IMG/VR virus record: IMGVR_UViG_3300036794_000036 | Location: 1 to 50,480 of that record | Origin: a virus | Lineage: Duplodnaviria; Caudoviricetes | Direction: 5' to 3' (one strand) | DNA length: 50,480 nt | Made by a program: the position numbers and the translations under genes | Shown: piece by piece, positions 19,403-28,431 of the stretch | Position numbering within the stretch: the first letter of the stretch is position 1 | How the letters are laid out: every line of letters begins with the position of its first letter | Notes under the pieces: model-generated | Database searches by the model: none | Told to the model about the DNA's origin: nothing | The model's input: only the letters and a program-made list of their open reading frames with translations

Positions 19403-19863
19403 TAGACAATTCCAGTAGCGTTACCTCTAACAACAAAGGTAACAAGTCGTGCTTCGGAAGATATAGGCAGCATATAAGATTTCGGTTCTCTTTGATTGAC
19501 TTCTTTGTGTACAAATTTTCCAATATTGGCTCCCCCGATAGGTGTTAGTTGTCCTTCCTGGTTCTTCAATACGCGCCCGCTAGACGAACTGATAACGGCA
19601 TCTCCAGGTTGCGCTTGAATAGCCTCGCCCGATATTCCCTGTGGCTCATATATACCATCCAAATACCATGATCCGTTTTCTTCGCGAACCATCCACTTTT
19701 CGCCCGCAATGGGCCAACGAAATACGGAAGTGTAATTGTAGACATTGACAGAGATAACCTCACCATTCCTGGTTTCTGCTTCAACGAGGCGCTTCGAAGG
19801 ATCGCAGGTGAGTATCTTGACGCCCCGTTTGAGGCTCATGTTGACATGATCGCTGAGTGCCAT
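19402..19863 (-). CDS. baseplate spike (gpV-like OB-fold) protein
   Basis: Lies between hub and gp25; WPIAGEKWMV OB-fold-like motif. Confidence 0.6.
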   Translation of the reverse strand: MALSDHVNMSLKRGVKILTCDPSKRLVEAETRNGEVISVNVYNYTSVFRWPIAGEKWMVREENGSWYLDGIYEPQGISGEAIQAQPGDAVISSSSGRVLKNQEGQLTPIGGANIGKFVHKEVNQREPKSYMLPISSEARLVTFVVRGNATGIV

Positions 19864-22713
19864 TTAGTGTGCTTGACCTTTTTGTGTTATATGCAGCCTT
19901 TTGGTCTTGATTGGGAGAGCCGGTCGCTGTTTTGGTGCCGTAGCTTTCTTCTTGGTTTCGTCACGCAACGGCTCGATCAGAGCGTCTACCATGTTGGGCG
20001 GTAGGATCTGTCCCCCAACAACCGGAGTCTGGGCGTTAGGCTGGAGGACCGATGGGGCCGTAAGTTGTGCCACCGTCTGGTATCCATTGGTGGTGTCCCA
20101 GGTGTGGGTGACGGATTCAATGAACATCTGGATACCGTGCTCAGGGAAGCCGACCTTGCCACCAGGAAACAACTCGGGCATAAATGTGAAAGTATACGGA
20201 GTGATGAACTGGCGGGACCATCCCAGTAGGAATTGTTGGTATGCCAAAAGGCACTCATAGATTGTACTAGTTACTAGTGGGTATTCCTCCTTGAGCACTC
20301 GCGGCCCATAGCGGCGGAGGAATTCGACAGCCTCCTTGTTGTTCATCATGGAGGAAACGCCAGGGCGCTTGGTGTCGATTTCTTCTTGTTCGGTGTTGTA
20401 GAGGATGCCTTCGGAATCCATCGCTTCGAAGATCGTCATAACTCCAGCCTTCTGCTCGATCACCAGTGGGTTGCTTGTTGGGCTAGCAGGGTAGATCGGG
20501 TTGCCGAGAGAGAAGACATGTGTGAGTAGGTTGTCGTCACTGAGATCGATACCTCCGTCGAGGATCTCGATGTCGTAGATCAACCAGTAGGCATCGTGGT
20601 GACCGAATTCACCGAAATAGTCCGGGTAGAAGGCGTAGAAGTCTCCGTTCGGTAGCGACTGGAAGCTACGCAGCGACGCTTGGCATACCTGCTGCACGAA
20701 GTTCATGAGTTTCTGAGAGTTCATGAGGGCCTTCTGGCCTCCGAAGATTTGCGCCTCAGCTCGTTCGATTGCGCCAGGCAAGCTAATGTTCGAGGCAAAG
20801 GCTGCGGCCGTTGCTTGGCTGAGGATGGACCCTCCCGCCGAGCCTGCGCCTTCTTCGCCTTTTGCCTGACCTTCGGTTTCCCCTTCGGTGCCCGCAAGTG
20901 CTGGCGGTGGTTCACCCGTGTAGGGTTCTTCGAGTTGCTTGGTTGTCAGGTGCAGTGATTCGTAGGACCCGCTCGCCGATGGCCATTCGCTTTCCTGTTC
21001 GCCGCCCCATCCTGCCCCCCCGTTCGGGTTCTTGTTCCATCCCGTGCTGAAGTAGCGACCATTGATGGTCATCCACTCGTGACTAGCATTCCAGTAGATG
21101 GTGATGCCCTTGCCCTTCGGCCCAGGACCGGGTTCCCCGATTTTGCCGTAGACGTGACCCATTTCGCCAGATGTACCGAAGGATGATCCCGTAGGCACAA
21201 AGCCACCGGAAGCGAGAACGGCCATGACGGAACCTGAGCAGTCGAAGCCGTTGACGAGAGCGCCACCTGTCTCGTGTTCGGTGCCCATGCTTGGCGTACC
21301 AACATGCGGGTGTCCTCCGCCGAATGAGTAGGGGTAGTTCTTGTTGCTGATTTCCGATGCGCGCGAGATCATCACATCGAGTCGAGTCCTCTGACCGCTG
21401 CCACCCTTGCCTTTGGTTTCTTGCGAGTTGCGCTGCGTTTCTTCAGGGTTTTCTTCAGTGGTCTTTTTGCCTGTTGGTGGGTACTGCGACACGAGCCGCT
21501 TGGCCTTGGCGATGTTGGTGGCCCAATCTTGCTTGTATGCTTCCTTACCAGGCTGCTGCGTCGTGGTGGCCCATTCTTCCCAGTTGCCTTCGGTCTTGAG
21601 GTTGGGGTTTTCAACGGCGCGCATTACCGCTGCCTTGCAGAATGCTTCGGTGGCCTTGGCGGTGTCGCGGGCATCCTGTGGATAGTTGACTTTGATGCCA
21701 GGGTATGGTTCATCTGATGTGAACTGGAACCAGCCTGTTGCTTTGGCAGAGTTGAAGGATGTGATTTCGCTCTGGTTGAAGCCACACTCGCACAACGATG
21801 TGCCGATGACGAATTCAGGAGGTAGGTTGCTCTTGTTCGCGATTTCGGTCATCGTTTCCACAACTTCCTTGACATTGGTCAGGTTGCCTGTAGGCTGATT
21901 TTTGCCTTCCCCTCCTCCTGGTCCTCCGCCTTTGCCGTGAGAGCTAATGCCAATGGCTGCGGCCCAGAACAGGTTGATCTCTTCCTGCGCCTTTTTGTCA
22001 TTCTGTTCAAAATCATTCCACAGCTTGTTGATCAGCTTAGGCACAGAGGCCGGTACGTTCTCGATCCAAATCTTCTCATCCTGCCAGTCTCCGATGAAGA
22101 ACAGGATGGCCCACAGCAGGTTCGCGAATGAACCATCGTTGGTTGCATACTGACCACCTTTTTCGACACCGAACGGAACGCCATTGGGGCTGTTCTGGAA
22201 TCCTTCTTGGCCAGCCTTCGCGGCCCATTTATCAGCCAGTTCGGCTCCCTGTCCACCTTCGATGCCGCCTTCGGTGGGACCGATGACCTCTCCTTCGGGA
22301 CCCTTCGTTGGGTTCCATCCGAAGTGTTCGAGCAGGCTCAACGTATACGGCTGCGCAAGCTGGTACCAGGTGTACAAGAGTTTCTTGAGGGTGCAGGATG
22401 CTTCGAGCGTGATCGGACCGGGGCGCATCTGGTAGTACGGGGTCTTGTCCAGAAAGCCGGTGAAGACCTGCACAGGATGCCCAGGCGTGCGCTCCAGGAA
22501 GATCGTGATTGGGTCCATCGGGTGGAAGGCGACTTCACCAGGGCGCGTGAAGATCCGATCGGGGTTACGGAGCGTGAGCTTGGCCGTCGATACTTGATTG
22601 ACCAAACGATTGATCTCGCCACCGATCACGTAGTCCGACAGGTCCATGATTTCTTCGCGTGTGTTCTTCACGTAGGCGTAGCACTTAGGTGAGTAGACCA
22701 ATCTTTGAGCCAT
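19864..22713 (-). CDS. baseplate hub / tail-associated lysin with lysozyme-like and NlpC/P60 domains
   Basis: Hub-like N- and C-termini; CECGFNQ...ATGWFQF (SLT-like); YSFGGGH...GFDCSGSV...NASHEWM (NlpC/P60). Confidence 0.8.
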   Translation of the reverse strand: MAQRLVYSPKCYAYVKNTREEIMDLSDYVIGGEINRLVNQVSTAKLTLRNPDRIFTRPGEVAFHPMDPITIFLERTPGHPVQVFTGFLDKTPYYQMRPGPITLEASCTLKKLLYTWYQLAQPYTLSLLEHFGWNPTKGPEGEVIGPTEGGIEGGQGAELADKWAAKAGQEGFQNSPNGVPFGVEKGGQYATNDGSFANLLWAILFFIGDWQDEKIWIENVPASVPKLINKLWNDFEQNDKKAQEEINLFWAAAIGISSHGKGGGPGGGEGKNQPTGNLTNVKEVVETMTEIANKSNLPPEFVIGTSLCECGFNQSEITSFNSAKATGWFQFTSDEPYPGIKVNYPQDARDTAKATEAFCKAAVMRAVENPNLKTEGNWEEWATTTQQPGKEAYKQDWATNIAKAKRLVSQYPPTGKKTTEENPEETQRNSQETKGKGGSGQRTRLDVMISRASEISNKNYPYSFGGGHPHVGTPSMGTEHETGGALVNGFDCSGSVMAVLASGGFVPTGSSFGTSGEMGHVYGKIGEPGPGPKGKGITIYWNASHEWMTINGRYFSTGWNKNPNGGAGWGGEQESEWPSASGSYESLHLTTKQLEEPYTGEPPPALAGTEGETEGQAKGEEGAGSAGGSILSQATAAAFASNISLPGAIERAEAQIFGGQKALMNSQKLMNFVQQVCQASLRSFQSLPNGDFYAFYPDYFGEFGHHDAYWLIYDIEILDGGIDLSDDNLLTHVFSLGNPIYPASPTSNPLVIEQKAGVMTIFEAMDSEGILYNTEQEEIDTKRPGVSSMMNNKEAVEFLRRYGPRVLKEEYPLVTSTIYECLLAYQQFLLGWSRQFITPYTFTFMPELFPGGKVGFPEHGIQMFIESVTHTWDTTNGYQTVAQLTAPSVLQPNAQTPVVGGQILPPNMVDALIEPLRDETKKKATAPKQRPALPIKTKRLHITQKGQAH

Positions 22714-23484
22714 TTAGAAGGGACCCCCTCCAGGGAGTTCTTGGACGAGTTCGACTTTGGGTGCCGGGGGTTCTGACGGTACAACAGGCTGGCTTCTCGG
22801 CTTCGAATTGGCGGCCGTTTCTTCCTTATGGTAGGTCGGCTGGTAAGGAGTCGTCAGACCTTCAAGGATGCTCACCCAGCTTTCCTGTTCGTTTTCGAAC
22901 ACGCTCGCTGCAACGTCCTCGTAGATTCCCTCGAACGCTCGCGCGATCGTGAAGTTGAAGCTGAAGATCGGTGCGTATTCGCCTTGCTTGTACCTACGTT
23001 CGATGCGAGGAATGAATCCTTGTGCGCAGGTGCGTTTGTGCGGACCTCTCATGATCGGTCGATTGACTTTGATTCCGCCGCCCTTGATCTCTAGCTGAGT
23101 GGCGTTGTTGGCGGCGTTCCCTACCGCCTTCTTCTGAGCCTGGTGGACGAACTCGACCAACACTCCGTAGTTTCCTTGGTCGAGGCATTGAGCCTTGATT
23201 TTCAGGGACGGTAGAACGATGTTGTGGGCGTAGAAGTCTCGTGTGTAGCGGCCCTGAGAAGTGGTTCCGTTGATCCCCACGTCGAGGCTCATTTCCAAGA
23301 CGAAGAAGACTACCTTGGAGATGCCATCGCACAGAACTCCGTTGGCTCGGGAGAAGGCTGCGGTGCGACGGCTCTCGCTGATGCGGGTGGCACGGATGTC
23401 ATACGCCTGTTCTGTCTCAGGCACTACCCCGGCCCATGATGTGGGCACGTAAATGGGCAACGAAGCACTGTTGAATTCGGCCAT
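22714..23484 (-). CDS. tail protein (tube-initiator-like)
   Basis: Position between tape measure and hub. Confidence 0.65.
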   Translation of the reverse strand: MAEFNSASLPIYVPTSWAGVVPETEQAYDIRATRISESRRTAAFSRANGVLCDGISKVVFFVLEMSLDVGINGTTSQGRYTRDFYAHNIVLPSLKIKAQCLDQGNYGVLVEFVHQAQKKAVGNAANNATQLEIKGGGIKVNRPIMRGPHKRTCAQGFIPRIERRYKQGEYAPIFSFNFTIARAFEGIYEDVAASVFENEQESWVSILEGLTTPYQPTYHKEETAANSKPRSQPVVPSEPPAPKVELVQELPGGGPF

Positions 23485-23510
23485 CCTATCGATTAGGCAG
23501 CCGTTGCCTT

Positions 23511-24284
23511 CTATTTGTTGCTTTTGATCTTGGAGCCTTTGAGCGTGGTTTTCACGGTTTCGCCTGAACCTTCGTTTCCGAAGTTCGGCTTGGCTCCGAC
23601 TGCCGTCTCAGTCTGGAAGAAAGTATCGTTGAGATACGATGGCAACAGTGAGTTGTAGTAGTCCCCGATCTTGGTGACGCCTTCCGCTGCTTGCTTGGCT
23701 GTTGATTCCACGAACTTGTCTCCGAGGAAGGTACCTGGAGCAATGAAAGGGTTCTGGGCGGGGTCGCCTGACTCCGGTGAAATGACGCCCTTGAGTGAGA
23801 ACTGTTCTTTGGTAACGAGTTCTTGGACGATCAGGTTTTGCAGCTTGCTGACATCCGGTGTCTTGTCAACGACGTGAGCCTTCAACTGCCACTTGGGGGC
23901 AATCGTTTCAGTCGCGTACGTGAAGCCGGGAGCCTCAAGTGGTTGAATTTCAAAGCGCCATCCACGGTGGGCGTACTCCATGATCATCGGGACCTGGGAG
24001 TATTTGTCTGCGCTGGCTGCGGTGCTGCCTTGAGTGGCGATCGTGAAGTACTCCATGAAGAAGCCGTAGATTTCCTCGATCTCGGAGTACTGTCGCGAGG
24101 TTCCTCCTATGGTGACATCATCGATGTAGACGCTGAGGATCTGCACGACTTCGCCACCGTAGGTGGGGAATTCAGCAACGTTGAGGGCGTAGCTCCATCC
24201 GATTTCATCTGCGCCCGTGATAACCACGAGTGGCTCCCCGCCGTTGACCAGTTCGTGATGAAAGAGTAGCTGCGTAGCAGACAT
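23511..24284 (-). CDS. tail protein
   Basis: Directly after the tape measure; PTYGGEVVQILS motif. Confidence 0.65.
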   Translation of the reverse strand: MSATQLLFHHELVNGGEPLVVITGADEIGWSYALNVAEFPTYGGEVVQILSVYIDDVTIGGTSRQYSEIEEIYGFFMEYFTIATQGSTAASADKYSQVPMIMEYAHRGWRFEIQPLEAPGFTYATETIAPKWQLKAHVVDKTPDVSKLQNLIVQELVTKEQFSLKGVISPESGDPAQNPFIAPGTFLGDKFVESTAKQAAEGVTKIGDYYNSLLPSYLNDTFFQTETAVGAKPNFGNEGSGETVKTTLKGSKIKSNK

Positions 24285-24286
24285 CG

Positions 24287-26587
24287 CTAGCCTCCCGTTG
24301 TCGTCGGTTCAGCGCGCGATGCTTGTTCCGCTTGGCGAACCGCAGATTGCTCCGAGGCGGTTTCGCCTGCGGCGTTCGGAGATGCCGCCTTGCTACCCAT
24401 GGCTGGTCCGCCTTCGTTGGATTCAGACTTAGCCGAAGCCGCTGGGAACTTGAGCTTGAAGAATGACTTGGCAGGACCAGCCAATTCGATTTTGGCGTTT
24501 TCTTCATTCTGCTTTTCGATGTTGACCTTGTTGAGCTTTTCAAGAGCTTTGTAAATGTCGCCCGCTTGGTGGGTAACCCCCTCCTTCTTGATCTTAGCCA
24601 ATTCTTCTGGGTTGATCCCGGCGGATGCTGCTGTGGCATACAGCCCTTTTGGTCCTTCGAGTTCACTGCGCAATAGCCCTTGCTGACCTGCATTCAATTT
24701 GCCTGCCTTAGATGCCTTGGACATCGCATTCGTATATGCGGAGTGGCGATCGTGTAGGCGTCCTTCTTCTTCTTCCAATTCGCCTCTGACATCACCATAC
24801 TTTGATTCTTGCGAGCTAAAGAGATCCCCGCTTGGCATTTTGGATAGCTTGTTTTTGAGTTCATTGACGCGCGTCTGTGTAGCAGACCATTCGTTTCTTG
24901 CCTTGAGTAGGGCCGCGCCATCCTTGCTCTTCTCGTTGGTCTGTTCCATTGCGTAGCGATGTTGCTGAATTGTGTTTGCCTCGCCAAATCCCCCCTGGAC
25001 AGCTTCGAGTTTCGGACCAATTTCTTTCAGTCTCTTAGCTTGTTCGGCCGTGATGCTCGGTTCGAGCATATGAATGTAGCCGCCTTCCTTTTCAGCGGCC
25101 GTCTCGGTCACTTCCCATTTGCCCGTGACCTTGTTGAGGTTGCGCGTGTCTGACTGCTTCGGTACGTAGCCTGAGACTTTCTTGACGGTTTCCCAAGCGT
25201 TCAGCGCGGCGGCGTTGCCGGACATGCCCTGGATCTCCCATGGCATGATGCCTTTTGATAGCGCCTGGACCTGACCGAACTGACCTTCGTTGATCCCCTG
25301 CACGAGGAGCGGATTCATTTTGGTTGCCTTAGCGATTTCGCCGTACGCAGTGAGCCCGTGGATCATGGTCGATCCGCCCTCGACGCTTTTGGCCATGAAC
25401 TCCTGCGCTTTGACAGCTTCGGCTTCAAGCGTCTGGTGAGTCATCTTCGCGGTTTCGGCTAGCTGTTCGATGCCGGTGGTCAGTTCTCCAATGTTGCCCG
25501 ACCCTAGCTTGAGCGCGCTAGTGAATTCGGCAAGGACCTCTGGGTTTTTGAAGCCCTTCTTCATCAGCGGTTCCATGGCCAGAGCCAACGTCTCCTGTTC
25601 GCCCCCCATGGTCAGTCCCAGAAGGCTGCTGTTGCGCTGGTTGGACCATCCCTGCGAGCCCAACGCCTGACGTAGAGAGTTAGCTTCGCCAAGGCCGATA
25701 CCTGATCCCCCGATGGCAGCTTCAGCCGCATTGGCGACCGTGCCGAGTCCCTGTTTGCCAGCCGGGCTCGTGATCGCAGCGAGGGGGTTGGGGATGCCGA
25801 AGTAGTGGCTGGCTCCGAGGAACCCTCCACCCAGACCTTCGCCCTGAGGCGAGTAACCCAACGACGCGCCAGCGTTGGATGCACCGAAGCCGATGTCAAG
25901 CAACGGTGACAAGACCTTTTTGTGGATCAGGCTGGCTTCGGCTACACGGGTTGCTCCCGTTTCGAATTTCTGCGCCAGGTTGCTTGAGGCAAAGCGCCCC
26001 TGCGTTTTCTGCCATTCTTCTGGGCTGAGCGCTTGGCCAGTTTCTTCGAATTCGTTTTCGGCCTGCGACTTGTACTTGCGCATCGCGACCTGTCCAGACG
26101 TGTGAGCGGCCATGCGCAAGAGGGAGTCAAGCTGCCAGTCTCCGAACTGAGGAATCGTGAACCCTTGCGCCGCAATCCTTTCAGCTTCGACGTTGGTCTT
26201 GCCAGCAATCGCGCTTCCTCCGCCTGGTGCCATACCGGGAGGTGCCCCTGGTGCACCGGGCTTGCCGGTTGCTCCACTGAAGAAGCGTTCCCAGCCTTCT
26301 TTCATTGCCGCGTCGGATACCGATGCGTCTGGGTTCAACTGCCCTGGCTCGCTAGCTCCGATCGCCGCCCCTGGTCCTGCCTGCGAAACGAATTTACGTA
26401 TGAGCGCAGAGGGCTCAAGCTCTTCTAGGCCAGACTCAGCTACTCGTTTGCGCTGCGCTAGTGCTAGCTCCATCGTGGGAGCCGCAAGAGCCTGAATGTG
26501 TTCGTCAAGCTGGTTGATCGCAGCGCGCAACTGATCGTTGGCGCGTCGAGCCGCTTGTCCAGGATCGATGTCGTCTGCCGTAGCCAT
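24287..26587 (-). CDS. tape measure protein
   Basis: 766 aa, Ala/Gly-rich and helical; follows the tail assembly chaperones. Confidence 0.75.
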   Translation of the reverse strand: MATADDIDPGQAARRANDQLRAAINQLDEHIQALAAPTMELALAQRKRVAESGLEELEPSALIRKFVSQAGPGAAIGASEPGQLNPDASVSDAAMKEGWERFFSGATGKPGAPGAPPGMAPGGGSAIAGKTNVEAERIAAQGFTIPQFGDWQLDSLLRMAAHTSGQVAMRKYKSQAENEFEETGQALSPEEWQKTQGRFASSNLAQKFETGATRVAEASLIHKKVLSPLLDIGFGASNAGASLGYSPQGEGLGGGFLGASHYFGIPNPLAAITSPAGKQGLGTVANAAEAAIGGSGIGLGEANSLRQALGSQGWSNQRNSSLLGLTMGGEQETLALAMEPLMKKGFKNPEVLAEFTSALKLGSGNIGELTTGIEQLAETAKMTHQTLEAEAVKAQEFMAKSVEGGSTMIHGLTAYGEIAKATKMNPLLVQGINEGQFGQVQALSKGIMPWEIQGMSGNAAALNAWETVKKVSGYVPKQSDTRNLNKVTGKWEVTETAAEKEGGYIHMLEPSITAEQAKRLKEIGPKLEAVQGGFGEANTIQQHRYAMEQTNEKSKDGAALLKARNEWSATQTRVNELKNKLSKMPSGDLFSSQESKYGDVRGELEEEEGRLHDRHSAYTNAMSKASKAGKLNAGQQGLLRSELEGPKGLYATAASAGINPEELAKIKKEGVTHQAGDIYKALEKLNKVNIEKQNEENAKIELAGPAKSFFKLKFPAASAKSESNEGGPAMGSKAASPNAAGETASEQSAVRQAEQASRAEPTTTGG

Positions 26588-26635
26588 CGACTATTACGCT
26601 GCGCTCGGCCCTATTCTGCTAGAACCGATAGCACC

Positions 26636-26664
26636 TTGACGTGGCTTACGCTACATGATATGCT
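26636..26664 (+). promoter_or_regulatory. sigma-A promoter, leaderless (TTGACG-N17-TATGCT-N6-ATG)
   Basis: Near-consensus -35/-10 with 17-nt spacer and TG extension; ATG at 26671. Confidence 0.7.
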
Positions 26665-26670
26665 ATAGGC

Positions 26671-26937
26671 ATGGCACACGCAATCATGTTCTTCGTTATC
26701 GGAGCACCGCTGTCGGTCTTGCTCGTCTACGGCTGGATCTACTGCTTTGTGGCGGATCATCGCTCGCGCCGCAAGTGGCGCAACCGTCAGATCACCCCTG
26801 TGGGGCCTGTATCGGCGCACCAGGGGCACGCAGCACATCGGCCGGTGGAATACCAGTGCTTGACCTGTGGTTGGCGCAGACAGCATCGCTGGGCCTCCTG
26901 CGGTCGCTGCAACGAAACACACGCCATTCCCGTCTAG
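26671..26937 (+). CDS. small membrane-anchored Zn-ribbon protein
   Basis: N-terminal TM helix; C-terminal YQCLTCG...CGRC; own promoter. Confidence 0.7.
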   Translation: MAHAIMFFVIGAPLSVLLVYGWIYCFVADHRSRRKWRNRQITPVGPVSAHQGHAAHRPVEYQCLTCGWRRQHRWASCGRCNETHAIPV

Positions 26938-27715
26938 GGCTGCGGCGCGTATCCGTCGCTCTCCCATTCGCGGATCATCTCCTCGAAGTCCTCCTCGGAG
27001 GTCGGGTAGCGGATGACGGTGCCCGGACCCTCCGGCACGATGTCTTTGCCGTATAGCTCCTTCCACATCTCGGGGTTGGAGATGAACATCGACCGTTCGA
27101 GATCGACCTGATCGTTGTCCCGCTCGATTCGGTTTTCCTCGCCATGCAGACACATGACAAGCTCAGCCTGGAAGTCGTTTAGGGCTGGATATCCGAATCG
27201 GTCGGTGCGCCCAAAGTATCCAGCACGGTCAAGGAATCGGGCAAGGGCGGCGAAGGGACCCGGTTCCTCTCTGAGAAATCCTGCAACTCTCGAATCCCGT
27301 CAAGAGCCTCTTGCTCCAGTTCGAGGTAGCGCGCGTAGAGGAACGAGAGCGTGGGCTGGTACCACTGCTTGGTGACGTAGCTCAGCCTGGCTTTGGCGAA
27401 GTCGTTGAGGTCCGGACCAGCCTGCTTGCAGAAGTCGGGGTCGTCATCCACGGCGGTCAGGCTGAGCCCAACCTGCGCGTTGGCCCATACCTCACCCTCG
27501 GAGATCGATCCGCGCCAGGGCTGGACGACGATGGAGACTGCGGCCTTCTCTGATGGGTAGAGAGTGCGCAGTGTGAAGGTATGCCCGCAGAACTCGACAT
27601 TCTTCTCTATCTGGCCGAGGAATGTGAGTCCACGTACGGGGAGCCGGATCTGCTCTGAGAAGAGGGAGAACGGATCGACGCGCTCGTCCTCTGGGGGTGC
27701 TACCTGATCTGCCAT
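26934..27715 (-). CDS. tail assembly chaperone, with -1 programmed frameshift extension (short form 27179-27715)
   Basis: AGGAGG RBS and ATG 27715. The -1 frame is open from about 27299 to 26934, with slippery GGATTTC at 27275-27281. Lies between tube and tape measure. Confidence 0.8.
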
Positions 27716-27753
27716 GATGCCTCCTATGCCCTTTCTCAAGGGCCTTGACTAAC

Positions 27754-28425
27754 TTACAGCGGGTTGTCGCGGACCTTGAATGCGAGTGATGAGTTACCGT
27801 TACGGGTTACGTAGCGGAAGTTCACTGTGATCTGCTTGAGCACTTCCATCGTGCCGATAGCGATCTGCTCGCCGTCCTGGACGTTGGTGATGACGCATCC
27901 GTGGTACTCCTCCGTGTACGGAGCGATCGGAGAACCCGCAGGTCCTGATGCTCCAAGCGGACGGATGATCTTGACGATTTGAGTCTTGGCTGGTTCTGCC
28001 TGAGCCTGGCGGATGAAGATGTCCACGATGTCCACGGCACCCATGAAGAGGCCACCGTTGTTCGGACCCGTGAGTTTGAAGTTGGTGCTCTGGTTTTCCG
28101 GGGTTTCTGAACCGAACGGGCCGTTCTTGGCCCCGAGACTCAGACCCAGACGGTCCCAGACCTTGGATGCGGTTCCACCACTGCCGAAAAGCTCGAACAT
28201 GTTGAGGACGATCTGTCCTGGTCCAGCGGCAGCCGGAGTGATGATCTCGATCGGGTAGGGCTCATCCAAAGGCTGGATGGCAGACATGCCTCCGCCGACT
28301 GGCTGAGGAGATGTGTAGGACACCTGCTGGCAGAAGGTGATAGGCTGACCACCGAACGTGAAGATCGTAAAGCCGGAACCACCTACGCGAACTCTTGAAG
28401 TGAATGTCGGGTCTGTTGATGCCAT
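27754..28425 (-). CDS. tail tube protein
   Basis: Follows the sheath gene; IQPLDEPYPIEIITP and YHGCVIT motifs. Confidence 0.8.
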   Translation of the reverse strand: MASTDPTFTSRVRVGGSGFTIFTFGGQPITFCQQVSYTSPQPVGGGMSAIQPLDEPYPIEIITPAAAGPGQIVLNMFELFGSGGTASKVWDRLGLSLGAKNGPFGSETPENQSTNFKLTGPNNGGLFMGAVDIVDIFIRQAQAEPAKTQIVKIIRPLGASGPAGSPIAPYTEEYHGCVITNVQDGEQIAIGTMEVLKQITVNFRYVTRNGNSSLAFKVRDNPL

Positions 28426-28431
28426 CGGCTA

